This document shows, in pieces, positions 1-12,553 of a DNA stretch of 64,000 nucleotides. The stretch is from Mobula hypostoma. Lineage: Eukaryota. The stretch lies in assembly GCF_963921235.1 (NCBI RefSeq), contig NC_086097.1, positions 175,214,001-175,278,000 on the forward strand, read 5' to 3'. Position 1 is the first letter of the stretch. Each line of letters opens with the position of its first letter. Both the position numbers and the translations under genes were made by a program. The notes under the pieces are model-generated. The model was not told where the DNA came from, made no database searches, and saw only the letters and a program-made list of their open reading frames with translations.

Positions 1-815
1 CACTTACCCCTGCAAGTGGCAGAAATGCTACACCTACCCATTTACCACCTTCTTGACCTACATTCAGTGCCCAAAACACTCCTTCCAGGTGAGGCAACAC
101 TTCACCTGCAAATCTATGGGGTCATCATCTGTATCCAGTACTCCCATTACAACCTCTTCTACATTGATGAGACCAGATACAGATTGGGGCTATGTTGAGC
201 GCCTCTGCTTCATTCGTAAAAAGCAAGATTTCCCACGGCAGTGGCAGTTTCCCAGTCCCAGTTTCCCATTTTAATTCCAAACCCAATCGATGCATGACCT
301 CCACTTTTGCCACAATGAGGTCAATATGTCAAGTCAGAGAAGCAACACTTCATATTTCATCTGTGTAGCCTCCAACCTGATGGTATAAACATTGATTTCT
401 CTAACCTGGTATTTTTCCTCTCTTTTCCTTTTCTTCAATTGTCCACTCTGGCTCCCTTCTTACCTTCTCTCTTCTCCTTACCCACCTACCATCTCCCACT
501 GGTGCGCCTCCTTTTCTTTCTCTAATGGTCCACTCTCCTCTCCTATCAGATTCCTTGTTCTCTAGCCCTTTCCCCTTTCTACCCATCACATCCATACTTC
601 ATCCGCCCCTCCTCCAACCACCAGGCTTCACCTATCTTCCCTTTCCCTCCCCCACCTTTTCTGGATTCTACCTCCTTCCTTTCCAGTCCCAATGAATGGT
701 CTTGGTTTCAAACGTCAACTGTATATTCATGACAATAGATGCTGCCTGACCTGAGTTCCTCCAGCATTTTGTGTGTTGTTCTGAATTTCCAGCATCTGCA
801 GAATATCTTGTGTCC
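1..815 (+). mobile_element. Penelope-like element 3' fragment (GIY-YIG remnant plus terminal repeat)
   Basis: FQVRQHFTCKS peptide and a pyrimidine-rich spacer. The terminus gatgctgcctgacc...ccagcatctgcagaat is shared with the other Penelope copies. Confidence 0.85.
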
Positions 816-884
816 AGACCATTTTACCTCCTTTTGGCCCCTTTCTAAGTGTGACTGTGGGGGGAAAGAAATTTACATACAATA

Positions 885-2630
885 CATACATTCATTTGCT
901 AAATTTATTTCAACAAATCAACTTAGAAATTCATTGCATTTTAACAAACTTTAGAACATGTAAACATACTTGCTATGTTTTTGAAACAGGTATAAATACA
1001 TTTGTTTAACTTTAGTAATCAAGGTAATTACAAAAGCACAACAAATACCACGTCATAACCAATTAAGGCAGGTTATCGGGAGCATAATGACCATTATTTA
1101 AACTTTGCAAAATCTTTGCTGTCCTGGGTCAAACTCATTTACAGGTTTGACACAGATTAGTGGACAAAGTACCATTAGTATCAGCTCATTAAACTTCGGC
1201 CCCATTTACTTCCACTGTGTAGTTTAAACATTTCACATCCATTTAAAAAAAAAATCATGGCTTGGTATGATCAGGTTAACTCAAGGAGGTGATGGAACAT
1301 ACAATGGTCCTTTATCAAGAGAATGTATGGCTGGTAAAGTTATTAAAGAATGCATGTGGCTTTGCATGCACTAGTTACTTCTAACAATACTTGCCAGCAC
1401 TGCAAAGTAGACTGGAGATTTATCTGTGTGGTTATGGTTTAGATTCTGACCAGACTACAAATTTAATAATTGGTGGTTTTCTTTAGTATTTGTGCTTCAA
1501 CTCTATTTTCAAACCTTGCATTTCAAGTAATTCCATTTGTCCACATGCAATTTAATTTTATCCTGTGCACCCATCCCTTCTTTCTGGCCTGCCAAGGTGT
1601 GTGGAAGCACTGGCAATGAGACCTGTGACCAACACCAGTCGCTCTGCTGTCAGTGATCAGTACTCAGTTAGACTGTGCAGTTTGACAAAACCTGGTGACT
1701 ACTGAGAGGTGTTGACATGCATGCATCTCGGGTGGGGGATGCTAAGTGCAGTATTAATCCAAAATCCAGGTTGTGCAGACCCACTTTAATCATTGGTGGG
1801 ATGCCATCACAAGATTATTTTATGGAGAAATGTGTCTATGGATATTTTGTCGTGCCTTTTCAGGAGTTAATTGGCACAAAACGTCACATGCATCTGGTAA
1901 ATTTTATCCCATATCCACCCTCCCCACTGTTTTGAATCAACCTTTAATTGCAATTTTCCTTTAACATTTTTCTTTCTAAACTACAGGTTAAGGCAGTAAA
2001 ATGTCACTCCTGATATAAATTGAAATTCTGTCCACAAATATTAAAGCTATCTAAATATTTACTTCCCTTTTCCTTCCTGCTTGTCACTCAACCCAGTACA
2101 GATTGAACACCATGCAATCTACGTTTAACTGCATTTTGTTAAAGCGATATTTTTGCTGCGGCTCATAGTCCCTCCCAAAGTCAACAGTGGTTTCCATTCT
2201 TTTGAAATTAAACCCACATTTGGGAGGTGGGTAGAGAAACAGAAAATGCAGTGTTATTCTAGAAACTAGTCCTTGTACAGCCTGGACTCAACTTTAAAGT
2301 CAGGCTCGCACTGAAGGTTTCTTGTGTGGAGCTAATGGTCACATGTGATTTGGTTCTGCACTTACTTCCGAAATGCTTTAAAAATCACACATTTTCTAGT
2401 GTCAAACATAGACCCAGCATTAGTGGCTGTAGACAGCATCAGTGTTTCACTTGAAGTTTCTCACATTGTATCAAATCAAGTTGCTCATGCGCTTTGCAAC
2501 AGCCTTTTTTAATAAAAATTACAGTCAAATTTTCTATAAAATTCTGTACATTTTCACAAATTATTGCATAAACAGATTTCTTCAAGATCATTTTGCATAA
2601 CAACTGACCACTGAATACAAAATAAAAAGC
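885..2630 (-). other. MTDH: Putative MTDH 3' UTR (~1.75 kb)
   Basis: AT-rich stretch with no recognisable transposon, lying between the stop codon and a canonical polyA signal. Confidence 0.65.
904..909 (-). terminator. Polyadenylation signal AATAAA
   Basis: tttatt on the + strand. On the - strand it is followed by a GU/U-rich tract (TGTATGTATTGTATGT), and transposon sequence resumes just beyond. Confidence 0.6.
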
Positions 2631-2701
2631 TCATGTTTCCCTTCTTGCCCTCTTCTTCTTCTTTATCTGCTTCGGTGATTCCCAACTTCCTTCAGATTTT
2701 G
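2631..2701 (-). CDS. MTDH: Metadherin last coding exon: (A)KSEGSWESPKQIKKKKRARRET-stop
   Basis: tttcag|CA acceptor and TGA at 2631-2633. Nearly identical to the human C-terminus KSETSWESPKQIKKKKKARRET. Confidence 0.97.
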
Positions 2702-3019
2702 CTGAAATGAGATAAAGAAATGTGTGTTTATTTTCAGTATCTGGGCCCTGCCAGAAAGGGCCACATTTAGTGCCTTAGAGGAGGAGGTGGTGAGCTCCCT
2801 TTTTGTCTTACTGATCAAGATGTTCTTATAGTACTGTTGGGGCAGGACTTTCAGGACTTGGATGCAGTTGGGATGGTGTGCAGCTTGTAGGGGCTTTGCA
2901 GGGTAGGTGTTCCCACACACCTGCTGTCCTTGCTATTGTGGCAATACAGACCATGGGTTCAAGAGGACAATTGAAAGATTCATTACAGTCAGACTAATAA
3001 TGCTGGTATACCTCTGACC

Positions 3020-3640
3020 ACAACAGCACAGTAGAGGCCCTTTGACCCATAATGTTGTGCCAACCTTTTAACCTACTCCAAGATCAATCTAACCCATCCC
3101 TCTCACATAGCCCTCCATTTTACTTTCATCCAAGCACCATCTACCCACAACACTGTTTAAAAAAAACTACCCCCTCCCCACTTAATTTCCTCCAATCATC
3201 TTAAAATTATCCCTCTTGTATTAGCTATTTCCACCCTGGGAAAAATGCACTAGATGTTAATTTTATCTATGCCTCTTATCATCTTATACATCTCTATCAA
3301 GTCACTTCTCATCCTCCCGGAACTCAGCAGGCCAGGCAGCATCTATGAAGAGGAAAAAACAGACGATGTTTCTGTCCAGCCACTTCATCAGGACAGATGA
3401 AGGGCCTCGGCCCAAAACATCAACTGTTTATTCTTCTTCATAGATGCTGCCTGACTTGATGAATTCCTCTAGCATTTTGTGCATGTTGCTCTGCATTTCC
3501 AGCATGTGCCGAATCTCATTTACCTCTCATCCTCCTTCGTTCTAAAAGGAAAAGTCCTAGTTCACTCAACCTATCCTCATTAGACAGCATTCTGTTAAAC
3601 CTTCTCTACACATCTGTAAAGCTCCCACATCCTTTCTCAA
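3020..3640 (-). mobile_element. CR1-type LINE 3' fragment interrupted by a fold-back element
   Basis: acagcacag...ggcccttt 3' end on the - strand, as in the other CR1 copies here. Confidence 0.7.
3319..3520. mobile_element. Short fold-back element of two inverted Penelope termini, with a TSD-like flank
   Basis: Arm gcagcatctatgaaga...cttcatc pairs with gatgaagg...tcttcatagatgctgc. tctcatcctcc is repeated on both sides. Confidence 0.75.
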
Positions 3641-3957
3641 ACTGATCTTCTGGGATTTTCATGCACAATAGTTTCTAAAGTTCAGAGAGAATGGTGCAAA
3701 TTAATAAATAAAGTGAGCTGCATCTCTGTGGGTGAAAATGCCTGGCTAATGAGAGGTCAAAGGAATGTGGCCAGACTAGTTCAAGCTGATAGTAACTCAA
3801 ATAACCATGCATTGTGGGCAGAAGAGCATCTCTGAACGCAAAATATGTTGAACCTTGAAGTGGATAAGCTACTGCAGCAGAAGACCACAAACATATACTC
3901 AATGGCCACTTCATTAAGTACAGGAAATGCCCAATAAAATGGTCACTGACTGCATAT
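3640..3957. mobile_element. Tc1/mariner-type non-autonomous fragment
   Basis: Degenerate inverted termini ctcaatggccacttcatta / aataaaatggtcactgac. ORF 3675..3989 (-) is transposon-like text. Confidence 0.5.
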
Positions 3958-4289
3958 TTTAATTCCCTGACAATTAAAAGCGAGACCACTCAGTCCCTAT
4001 GTATCTCCACAGCAATCCCATCCTATACTCCTCAGAGTAATTTACAGTGCCCAACTTAATCTACCAACCAGTACAACTTTGAAACCACAGCACCCAGGAG
4101 AAATCCACAAATTCACAGGGAGAACATGCAAACTCCACACAGAAAGCACTGGAGGTGACAACTGAACCCAGGTTGCAGAAGCTTTGTTAGTTCTGCCAAA
4201 TCCATATGCCTTGAGTATTTTTAAAAAAAGTTAATTCATGGGATGTGAATGATGTTGATTAAGTGTTCATTGGTTTGATCCTAAAAGCA

Positions 4290-4880
4290 TGACCTTCCAG
4301 AAGCTAAGGAAATTTGCCATGTATGTCCCTGTTGATCCCCACCAACTTTTTATCAATGCACTATAGAAGACATCTGATTTGGTATGGCAACTGCTCTGCA
4401 TGTGACCTCAAGAAACTGCTGAGAGTTACAAACACAGCTCAGCACATCATGGAAACCAGCTTTCCCCTCAATGAACTCTGTCCACACTTCTCACTGCCTC
4501 AGTAAACAGCCAGCATAATCAAAGATCCCAGTCCAGACATTCTCTGTTCTCTTGCACATTGACAGAAGGTACAAAAGCCTGCAATCATGCACCAATAGGC
4601 TCAAGGGCACATTGTATCTCACTGTCAGAGTACTATTGAACAACCCCCTAGTACCATAAAATGGACCCTCGACCTCGACTCTATACCTTGCCATAGCCTG
4701 ATACCTTACTGTCTAACCTGCACTGCAGTTCCTCTGTAACTTAACACTATTCTCTTAATTGCTTTTCTGTTTGTACTACCTTGAGGTGTGGATGTTTGGA
4801 ATGACATGTATGAATGGCATGCAAAACAAAGATCCCCCCCCCCACTGTATCTCAGTACATATGACAATAATAAACCAATT
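4290..4880 (+). mobile_element. Rex1/Babar LINE 3' fragment
   Basis: WYGNCSACDLKKLLRVTNTAQHI C-terminal domain, followed by a tgacaataataaaccaatt tail. Confidence 0.75.
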
Positions 4881-6352
4881 ACCAATTCATTGGGAGTCAA
4901 CTACACTGCCATGTCTCTGCAGTCACAGACAAGGATTTGGTAAGGCAGTTTCCATACATGGGCGTAAACTGTTGATTTTTCGAGCAGAGACCCTTCATCA
5001 ATCCCAATGAAGGGCCTCGGCCCCCAAGGATGGCTGTTTACTCCCCTCCGTAGATGCTGCCTGACTTACTGAGTTCCTCCAGCCTACAGCATGTTGCTCA
5101 AGATTTCTAGTATCTGCAGAATCTCGTGTTTTTTTGCCAAAACAGTTGGCTTCTTAGCAACAAAATGAATACATTTCTGGATCTTTGGCCCAAGCCATCA
5201 GATTTACCTTCCAGACAAGATTTGGAAGGAGTTAATTTCTTAGCTCTCTGACTAAAAGGTTGCTGCAGCTCCGTCCATTTCCACCTTGACAAAGATCAGC
5301 CACAGAGGACAGTTAGAACACCAGCACTTTGTGGAGTATATAATCAGTACCAAAATATTCAGTTGTGTCAAATTAAACTGAAGCACCAACATTTAAAAGC
5401 TTGAAATTTCAAAGCTAGGGATAACATAGCTGTTGTGTTGCACCTCACATGGTATATGTAAAAGAAAATGACATCTACAAATTGCAGCTTGGTGGCAGTA
5501 AACTAAAAATACATTGAGGAAAGATAGACCATCATAACTGCCTCAATAAGTTCATTAATTTTAGAAACTATTTCAGTCCCAAACCCAAAAATAGTTCAGA
5601 GTCAAAACAGCAGTTCCCTCAATACAAAAAAATAATGCATTCACAAAGGTGAACTTGTGTGGCTGATCTATAAATCAGTTCGTTACATGGGGCGAGGGAG
5701 TGTCATGCCACTTGCTCTTAACATCCACTGGCATTACCACTGCCTCAACCCCTCACCAACATCCCCGGAGTCACTGTTGATCAGAAACTCAACTGGACCA
5801 GTCAAAAATGCTGTGATGTAATTCAGAGGCTAAATATCTTGCAGAGATTAGCTTGCCTCCTAACAACCCAAGGCTTTCCCTCCTCTACAAAACACAAAAT
5901 AGGAATGTTATGGAATAAACACTTGCCTGGAAACTCAACAACATCCAGGATAAATAGGTATTTTTAATCTACACCTCATCCATCATTCTCACCATTTACC
6001 TCCTGCACCACCAGCACACAGTCACCCTATCTACAAAAATGCACTGCATTCATATCATCATCATCTACTAAAATGAAGAAGCTGTACCACAGAGGAGAGC
6101 TTGAGGTAATAGGACCATCATCAACTGCAAATTAACCTCCAGCTCACATACCATCCTCTGTTTGAATATATTGCCATTCTAAATACTAGAAATTCCTACA
6201 TAACACTGTGGGAGCATCTTCAAGCTACAACTCACCACAAGCTTATCAACAACAATAGGAGATATTTTGAAACAACTATACAATACCTACATACTTGGCA
6301 CTGTAATTTCTCCATTCAAGGGGAAACAATTGGAAAGAATTTAGGTACTGAC

Positions 6353-6506
6353 CTTGTGAAGAAGGCTGGCTATTCTGTTTAGTAACAGAAGCGGAAGGTT
6401 CCGACTCAGATAGTATGTCTGGCACTTGGGAAGTGATATCCTGGGAAGAACTTTTCAAAATGATAGCTGGTTCTTGGCTGATTATGACCGGCAGTGCCTC
6501 TTCATC
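6353..6506 (-). CDS. MTDH: Metadherin coding exon (154 nt, phase 0-1): DEEALPVIISQEPAIILKSSSQDITSQVPDILSESEPSASVTKQNSQPSSQ
   Basis: tttctccacag|GAT acceptor and CAAG|gtcagt donor. SQVPxIL and TKQNS match human MTDH. Confidence 0.92.
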
Positions 6507-6584
6507 CTGTGGAGAAACAACACCTCATTGAAAAAGTTCAAGACATTTGAAAGAAGTTTAATTATTTATTTAGAGATACCAATT

Positions 6585-6767
6585 ACATCCAAGCGACCAA
6601 TTATTCTATGAACACATACATCTTTGCACTGTGGGAGGAAACAGGAGTGCCCGATGGAAACACGTGGTCATGGGGAGAATGTACAAATTCCTTAAGACAA
6701 TGGCGGAACTGAACCGGGTCACAGGTGCTGTAATAGTGTTACGCTAACCACTACACTACCATGCTGC
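6585..6767 (-). mobile_element. tRNA-derived SINE (HE1/V-SINE-like)
   Basis: Minus-strand head GGTAGTGTAGTGGTTAGCG (A box) and GGTTCAGTTCC (B box). Related copies lie near 4000-4190, 9505-9805, 33100-33605 and 46430-46640. Confidence 0.7.
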
Positions 6768-6854
6768 TCTTGGGAATGCTCAATATACACCAATAAAGAC
6801 ACACAACTGAAAAGCTACACCACCTTGCAACAACAGACCACTGCATTAAGCACA

Positions 6855-8108
6855 GAAACATTCCAAAGTTGCTGGTGAACGCAGCAGGCCAGGCAGCATC
6901 TGTAGGAAGAGGTGCAGTCGACGTTTCAGGCCGAGACCCTTCGTCAGGACTAACTGAAGGAAGAGTTAGTAAGAGATATGAAAGTGGGAGGGGGAGGGGG
7001 AGATCCAAAATGATAGGAGAAGACAGGAGGGGGAGGGATGGAGCCAAGAGCTGGACAGGTGATAGGCAAAGGGGATATGAGAGGATCATGGGACAGGAGG
7101 CCTGGTGAGAAAGACAGGGGGGGTGGGAAACCCAGAGGATGGGCAAGGGGTATAGTCAGAGGGACAGAGGGAGAAAAAGGAGAGTGAGAGAAAGAATGTG
7201 TGTAAAAAAATAAGTAATGGATGGGGTACGAGGGGGAGGTGGGGCATTAGCGGAAGTTAGAGAAGTCGATGTTCATGCCATCAGGTTGGAGGCTACCCAG
7301 ACGGAATATAAGGTGTTGTTCCTCCAACCTGAGTGTGGTTTCATATTTACAGTAGAGGAGGCCGTGGATAGACATGTCAGAATGGGAATGGGATGTGGAA
7401 TTAAAATGTGTGGCCACTGGGAGATCCTGCTTTCTCTGGCGGACAGAGCGTAGGTGTTCAGCAAAACGGTCTCCCAGTCTGTGTCAGGTCTCGCCAATAT
7501 ATAAAAGGCCACATCGGGAGCACCGGATGCAGTATATCACCCCAGTCGACTCACAGGTGAAGTGTTGCCTCACCTGGAAGGACTGTTTGGGGCCCTGAAT
7601 GGTGGTAAGGGAGGAAGTGTAAGGGCATGTGTAGCACTTGTTCCACTTACACGGATAAGTGCCAGGAGGGAGATCAGTGGGGAGGGATGGGGGGGACGAA
7701 TGGACAAGGGAGTTGCGTAGGGAGCGATCCCTGCGGAATGCAGGGGGTGGGGAGGGAAAGATGTGCTTAGTGGTGGGATCCCGTTGGAGGTGGCGGAAGT
7801 TACGGAGAATAATATGTTGGACCCGGAGGCTGGTGGGGTGGTAGGTGAGGACCAGGGGAACCCTATTCCTAGTGGGGTGGCAGGAGGATGGAGTGAGAGC
7901 AGATGTACGTGAAATGGGGGAGATGCGTTTAAGAGCAGAGTTGATAGTGGAGGAAGGGAAGCCCCTTTCTTTAAAAAAGGAAGACATCTCCCTTGTCCTA
8001 GAATGCAAAGCCTCATCCTGAGAGCAGATGCAGCGGAGATGGAGGAATTGCGAGAAGGGTATGTGTGTTGCTTGAATTTCCAGCATCTGCAGAATTCCTG
8101 TTGTTTGC
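6855..8108 (-). mobile_element. Young 5'-truncated Penelope-like element (RT C-terminus, linker, GIY-YIG endonuclease, terminal repeat)
   Basis: ORF 7484..8086 contains CxxxxCxTC and VIYCIRCSRCGLLYIGET (GIY-YIG). ORF 6751..7146 covers the terminal repeat. A short inverted terminal piece sits at 8061-8108. Confidence 0.92.
6916..6951 (-). ncRNA. Minimal type I hammerhead ribozyme motif in a Penelope terminal repeat
   Basis: Minus strand reads AGUC-CUGACGA-AGG(GUCUCGG)CCU-GAAA-C-GUC|GACU. This gives stem I AGUC/GACU, core CUGANGA, stem II AGG/CCU, GAAA and a GUC cleavage triplet. Confidence 0.8.
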
Positions 8109-9879
8109 CAAGATACTTCATAAAGGTTTAAAGAGAAACAGGTGCTGAGTTAACAAATGGTGGAAAGGGAATGCTCAAGCTTTAGATGTGGTGATAAAGT
8201 TGCAATTACAGGATACAGCTTAGGCAGCTAAAGAAGTAGAAACCAGAAATGGAAGTGGGGGGGGGGGTGGTGGAGGGAATGTAGAAGGGTCCAAGCTTTG
8301 GGGAAAGCAGTCAAAGTTCTTTCTTCAGATGTATAAAGTGAGGAAAGGAATATTAAGACCTAAATGCTGAGAAAAGTGTGTGAGCTGTGTGGTGGATGAG
8401 AAGGACACAGGGAATTCATTCAAAATGTAGATGGAGAATGGAGGCAGCACAATTTGGAAGTTACCATTATTGGAGGTTAGCTGGAATTGATGAGTCTCAG
8501 CCAGTTCACCTTGGAGCCCATCTCTCAGACCCTGGGATGCTCCAGTGGTCAAGGTAGCACTACTGTGATTGCTGGCATGCGATGGACTTGTCATGTCATT
8601 ACACAGTACCTACACTGTACAGGATGCATTCTGTGACCTGTACTGTTTTCATTAAATTGTTAATTTCATTAGCCAATCCTCCCTAAAATCCTTAATGGGA
8701 GGCATTCAATACCTCCACAATGATGGGCTTTCTTCTGTCCTAAATTTCTACAGGCATCTCATATGACAGGATTGTTAGAACTTAACTCTACCTTTTCATT
8801 ACAGCAAGCAATGTCTCCGAACTCACCAAAACACTAATTTGGCTAATTTAATTCCACTCTTGAACATGCTGCTCAAATAACATCTGTTAATAATCTTGCA
8901 CTGTGGTTACAAGGGCATAGCAGTCTTGGCAATCCGTGGACCAAACATCTCTTCATTAATACATCCATTTACAAGTGTAGGGAATTGTTAGAAAGGTCAT
9001 TTGCCCTTTGAGAAGGCGAGAGTGAGCCATGTACTGAAAAGTTGCAAGATTTGGACCAACTAAATCTGAAAGTCACTATGTAATGTTGGAAGGGACTCTG
9101 AAGGGACTTTGTATTCCCATGTGCCTGCTATCATTGCTCTTTCTGGAAGTAGAACTGATGAGTTAAGGAGTTGCTAGCACAGTAGCCTAAGCAAGTGAAT
9201 GAATTTTGTAGATGGAACACACTGCAGCTATGCTGTGCCAGTGATGCAGTCTGTGATAATGGGTGCCAATCAAATGAGGTCATCATCCTATAGGTTAGTG
9301 GCTTCCCTTTCCATAAATGCTACCTGACTGGTTGAGTACCAAGGCGCAACGAACAATCTGCTGGAGGAACTCAATGGATTGAGCACAATCCATAGAGCAA
9401 AGGAACTGCCGATGTTTTGGTTGAAGGCTTGCATCTGGAGTCCTGACGCTGAGTTCTTCCAATGTACTGTCTGTTGCTGCTGAGTGTCATAGGCCTTGAG
9501 GCAGAATCATACAGCACAGAAGGAACAGGTAATTTGGCCCACAAAATCTAGCTGACTATCAACACCAAACCTACACTGGGCCCATTTTATTCTCCCAACT
9601 GTCACATCATCTCTCCCCAGATTCCACCATTCACCTAACACCAGTGCAAATTTTGTTACTTTTGTGGGATCCAAGAGGAAACAGAAGCAGATCAAGGAAA
9701 AAAAGTCACTGGGAGAACATACAAAGTCCATATAGACAACACCAAAGGTTAGGATTGAACTGGGGTTGCTGGAGCTGTGAGACAGCAGCACTACCAGCTG
9801 TCCTAAAGTGTTCCCAGCATCTTGCATTTAAATTCAGGTTTCCAGCATCAGCAAGTTTGTTTCTGTTGCCAGTTCTTAC

Positions 9880-10002
9880 CTCAGCTAGTTCACTAGTGCA
9901 TATGGTTTCAACGGGTGAAGAACTCTCTTCTTCAGGCTGGGCCTTCACAACGAGCTGCTCCTGGTCTCCACAAATGGGTTCCTTCTCCTGATCCTCGACC
10001 TC
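9880..10002 (-). CDS. MTDH: Metadherin coding exon (123 nt, phase 0-0; acceptor ambiguous): EVEDQEKEPICGDQEQLVVKAQPEEESSSPVETICTSELAE
   Basis: GAG|gtaaga donor and an open frame. ETICTSELAE resembles human KTISTSDPAE. The acceptor is weak, with in-frame alternative exon starts at 9999, 10002 and 10023. Confidence 0.8.
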
Positions 10003-11828
10003 CTTTTTATTAAAGTATTTACACTATAATACACTTATGAACAGTTGAGAACTTTAACTTCACTAAAGAAAACTGCTGAAAATTCATACAATGGCATTTT
10101 AATTCCTGCATGGAAGGCTCTTTTTTGAATGTTAATATATCTGTCTTGCATCAATTAACTCAACTCCAGATCAAGAGAAGAGAATGCATATGCTGTAACA
10201 TGGAGCTAAAGACAAACTGCTGGAGGAACTCAGATCAGACAGCATCTATAGAATAGAGGAATGTTTGATATTTAGGTTGAGATCCTGCATCAGAATTTCA
10301 ACCCAAAATGTGGACCATCTCTCTGCCTCCACAGATGCTACTTGACTGATGAGCTCCTACAGCAGTTTGATGATTCCGATAACTTTGGGTATGAATCTAA
10401 CAAGGTGATATAGGGTGATCAGCCACTTCTTTCAGGAAATTCTATGATAAAAGACTAGGAAAAGTTGGTTAGCAGGTATATGGTGCACAAAGATTAAAAT
10501 ATACAGGCTATTAAAGTACATCAACGGAAAAATCAAGCAGCTCAAATTCAATCAACCTTTTGTTAAGTAAATATATGAATTTATACTCCATTTTTCATTG
10601 CCAATGATGTTATTGTTGAAACACTAATTTGTTGAAAATGTAGAATATGCTCAAGAATCTTCTCACCAGCAAAAAGGTGATAATGAGCCATCTGCTTTAG
10701 AGATTTCTTGATGAGGGATCGTCATGGGTATCCTAATTCTCTGCCTTTTAAAAAGTGCTATGACTCATTCAAAAATCCATTCACCATACCATCAATCCCT
10801 TCATTTAACCTCATTTGCCCACCATTCTATTACAGATCACTCTCTTTCAAAAACCCTCAGCTTTTGCCCTCACAGCCAATCACCTCCATTAGTGTCATGT
10901 CATTTATACACTGAGGTATTTGGTCGATGACCTCCTCGCAGCTCTACGTTTTCAGTATCACTGTGCAATAATCCACACACATTTTCAAAGCCACTTATGC
11001 TTTCCAACAGGCAGCCAGCTAACACTTTAGGTCTCTTTATTTAAGCCTGTAATGAAACTATTGCTTTCATTTACAAAGCTAATACAAAACTAAAATTCTC
11101 AGGTGCCCCCAACTATTTTTGCTCTCATTGCACTACTTATTTAATGTATATTTTTATATACATCTTGTATTGTAATTTTATTTCTGTCTTGTATTGCATT
11201 GCTGCGCAAAACAACAAATTTCATGATGTGATATTAAGCCTGATTCTGATACATATATCACTGAAATCATCTTCAAAGCAATTCCATACAGATTCAAGAC
11301 TTTATTCCATTTACCACTTTGCTATCTTTACAACTCCACCACGAGGATGTCTGAAATAATGTCATTGGTATCTCTGTCCTGAGTGAGTTTTCAGTACTAT
11401 TGCCAATCAGAACATCACTGAGTAAATCAGGAAAGCCACTAACTTTTGTACTTGTACCAGCTGTTCCAAGTAGTTTTCCCAATCACTCTCCTCATTCATA
11501 CCCTACTGTTACCTGGTTCTCTTTTTACTGATCCACTTTTGTACCCTCAGGCACTTCATTCTCATTTGTAATAATTTGCTGCCTTTGGGAAAGTGGTTTC
11601 CCTCTCTAGCTCTTCTGTCTATCATCTTAAATCTACATCCTCTGGTTACCAATTTTCTTAAGCAAACACCAATTAACTTACAGCCAAAAATCCACAACTG
11701 TTTTTCCATTTCAAATTTCTCTTTCTTTTTGCATCACAGTTGCCATCTGACCTACATCACTTTTAGAAGAAAAGACACAAGATTGCAGCAACTTAATGAA
11801 CTCCACCGGACATGGGGCACATGCTCAC

Positions 11829-11945
11829 TTGTGTGGCAGCAGCAGTATCTTCACCCTTTTTCTTTTTCTTCTTCTTCTTCTTGGATTTGCTGCTTGCAGA
11901 ACCTTGCAAACCAGCATCTGTTTTTTCTTTATCTTCATCTGACAC
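11829..11945 (-). CDS. MTDH: Metadherin coding exon with poly-Lys NLS (117 nt, phase 0-0): VSDEDKEKTDAGLQGSASSKSKKKKKKKKKGEDTAAATQ
   Basis: ttttgcag|GTG acceptor and CAA|gtgagc donor. Matches human VSDDDKEKG...KSKKKKKKKKKQGED. Confidence 0.95.
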
Positions 11946-12553
11946 CTGCAAAATTTAACAAGTCTTTTAAAACAATCCACAACTTGGATAATTCTATTCA
12001 GACTGAAGCCGACTGTCTTTTCACCCAGACTGGTAAATAAAAAAAGAAAATATATCTACAAATTAGAAATTATTCCATCCCAAAATACTTACACAAAATA
12101 TAGTCAATTGTATAGATTATTTTTCTATCTACTCAGATCAATTTGATATAGAATCGAACAGAACTAGAGGCAGCCATTTGGACAATGCTGCCTCTACTGA
12201 TTTTTCAGAAGAGTATCCATCAGTGCTACCTTCCTGCTGTTACTTACTGTCCTACAGATCATCACTCACAGTGGAAAAGGTCACTTAAATGAAACCCTGA
12301 CAAACCATTAGCCAATTATTTGGTTAATGGTTCAGCGATTGGCTCAATAGGATTAGTAGACTAAACCCTTGTCACTTATGTATCCCCAAATCCACGTACC
12401 AGAGAGTTCAATTGTGTATTACTGGGTGTGCTGTGGAACTCAGTGTCAAAAGATTTTCTGCATTTGTTGTTTGTCGTCTACGTTAACCATCTGGATGATA
12501 ATGTGGTTAACTGGATCAATTTTGTGGATAACACCAAGATTGGGTGTGTATTA

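Noticed and set aside
684..722. Other hammerhead copies (also ~27150-27186, ~39490-39525 and those in the fold-backs) as active ribozymes
   Set aside because: The CUGAUGA or GAAA core nucleotides are mutated.
6700..6767. tRNA gene
   Set aside because: The A and B boxes belong to a SINE head. No full cloverleaf is seen and it continues into the SINE body.
11576..12040. Plus-strand ORFs overlapping MTDH exons (also 9644..9991 and 47886..48281)
   Set aside because: They are antisense shadows with no recognisable protein features.
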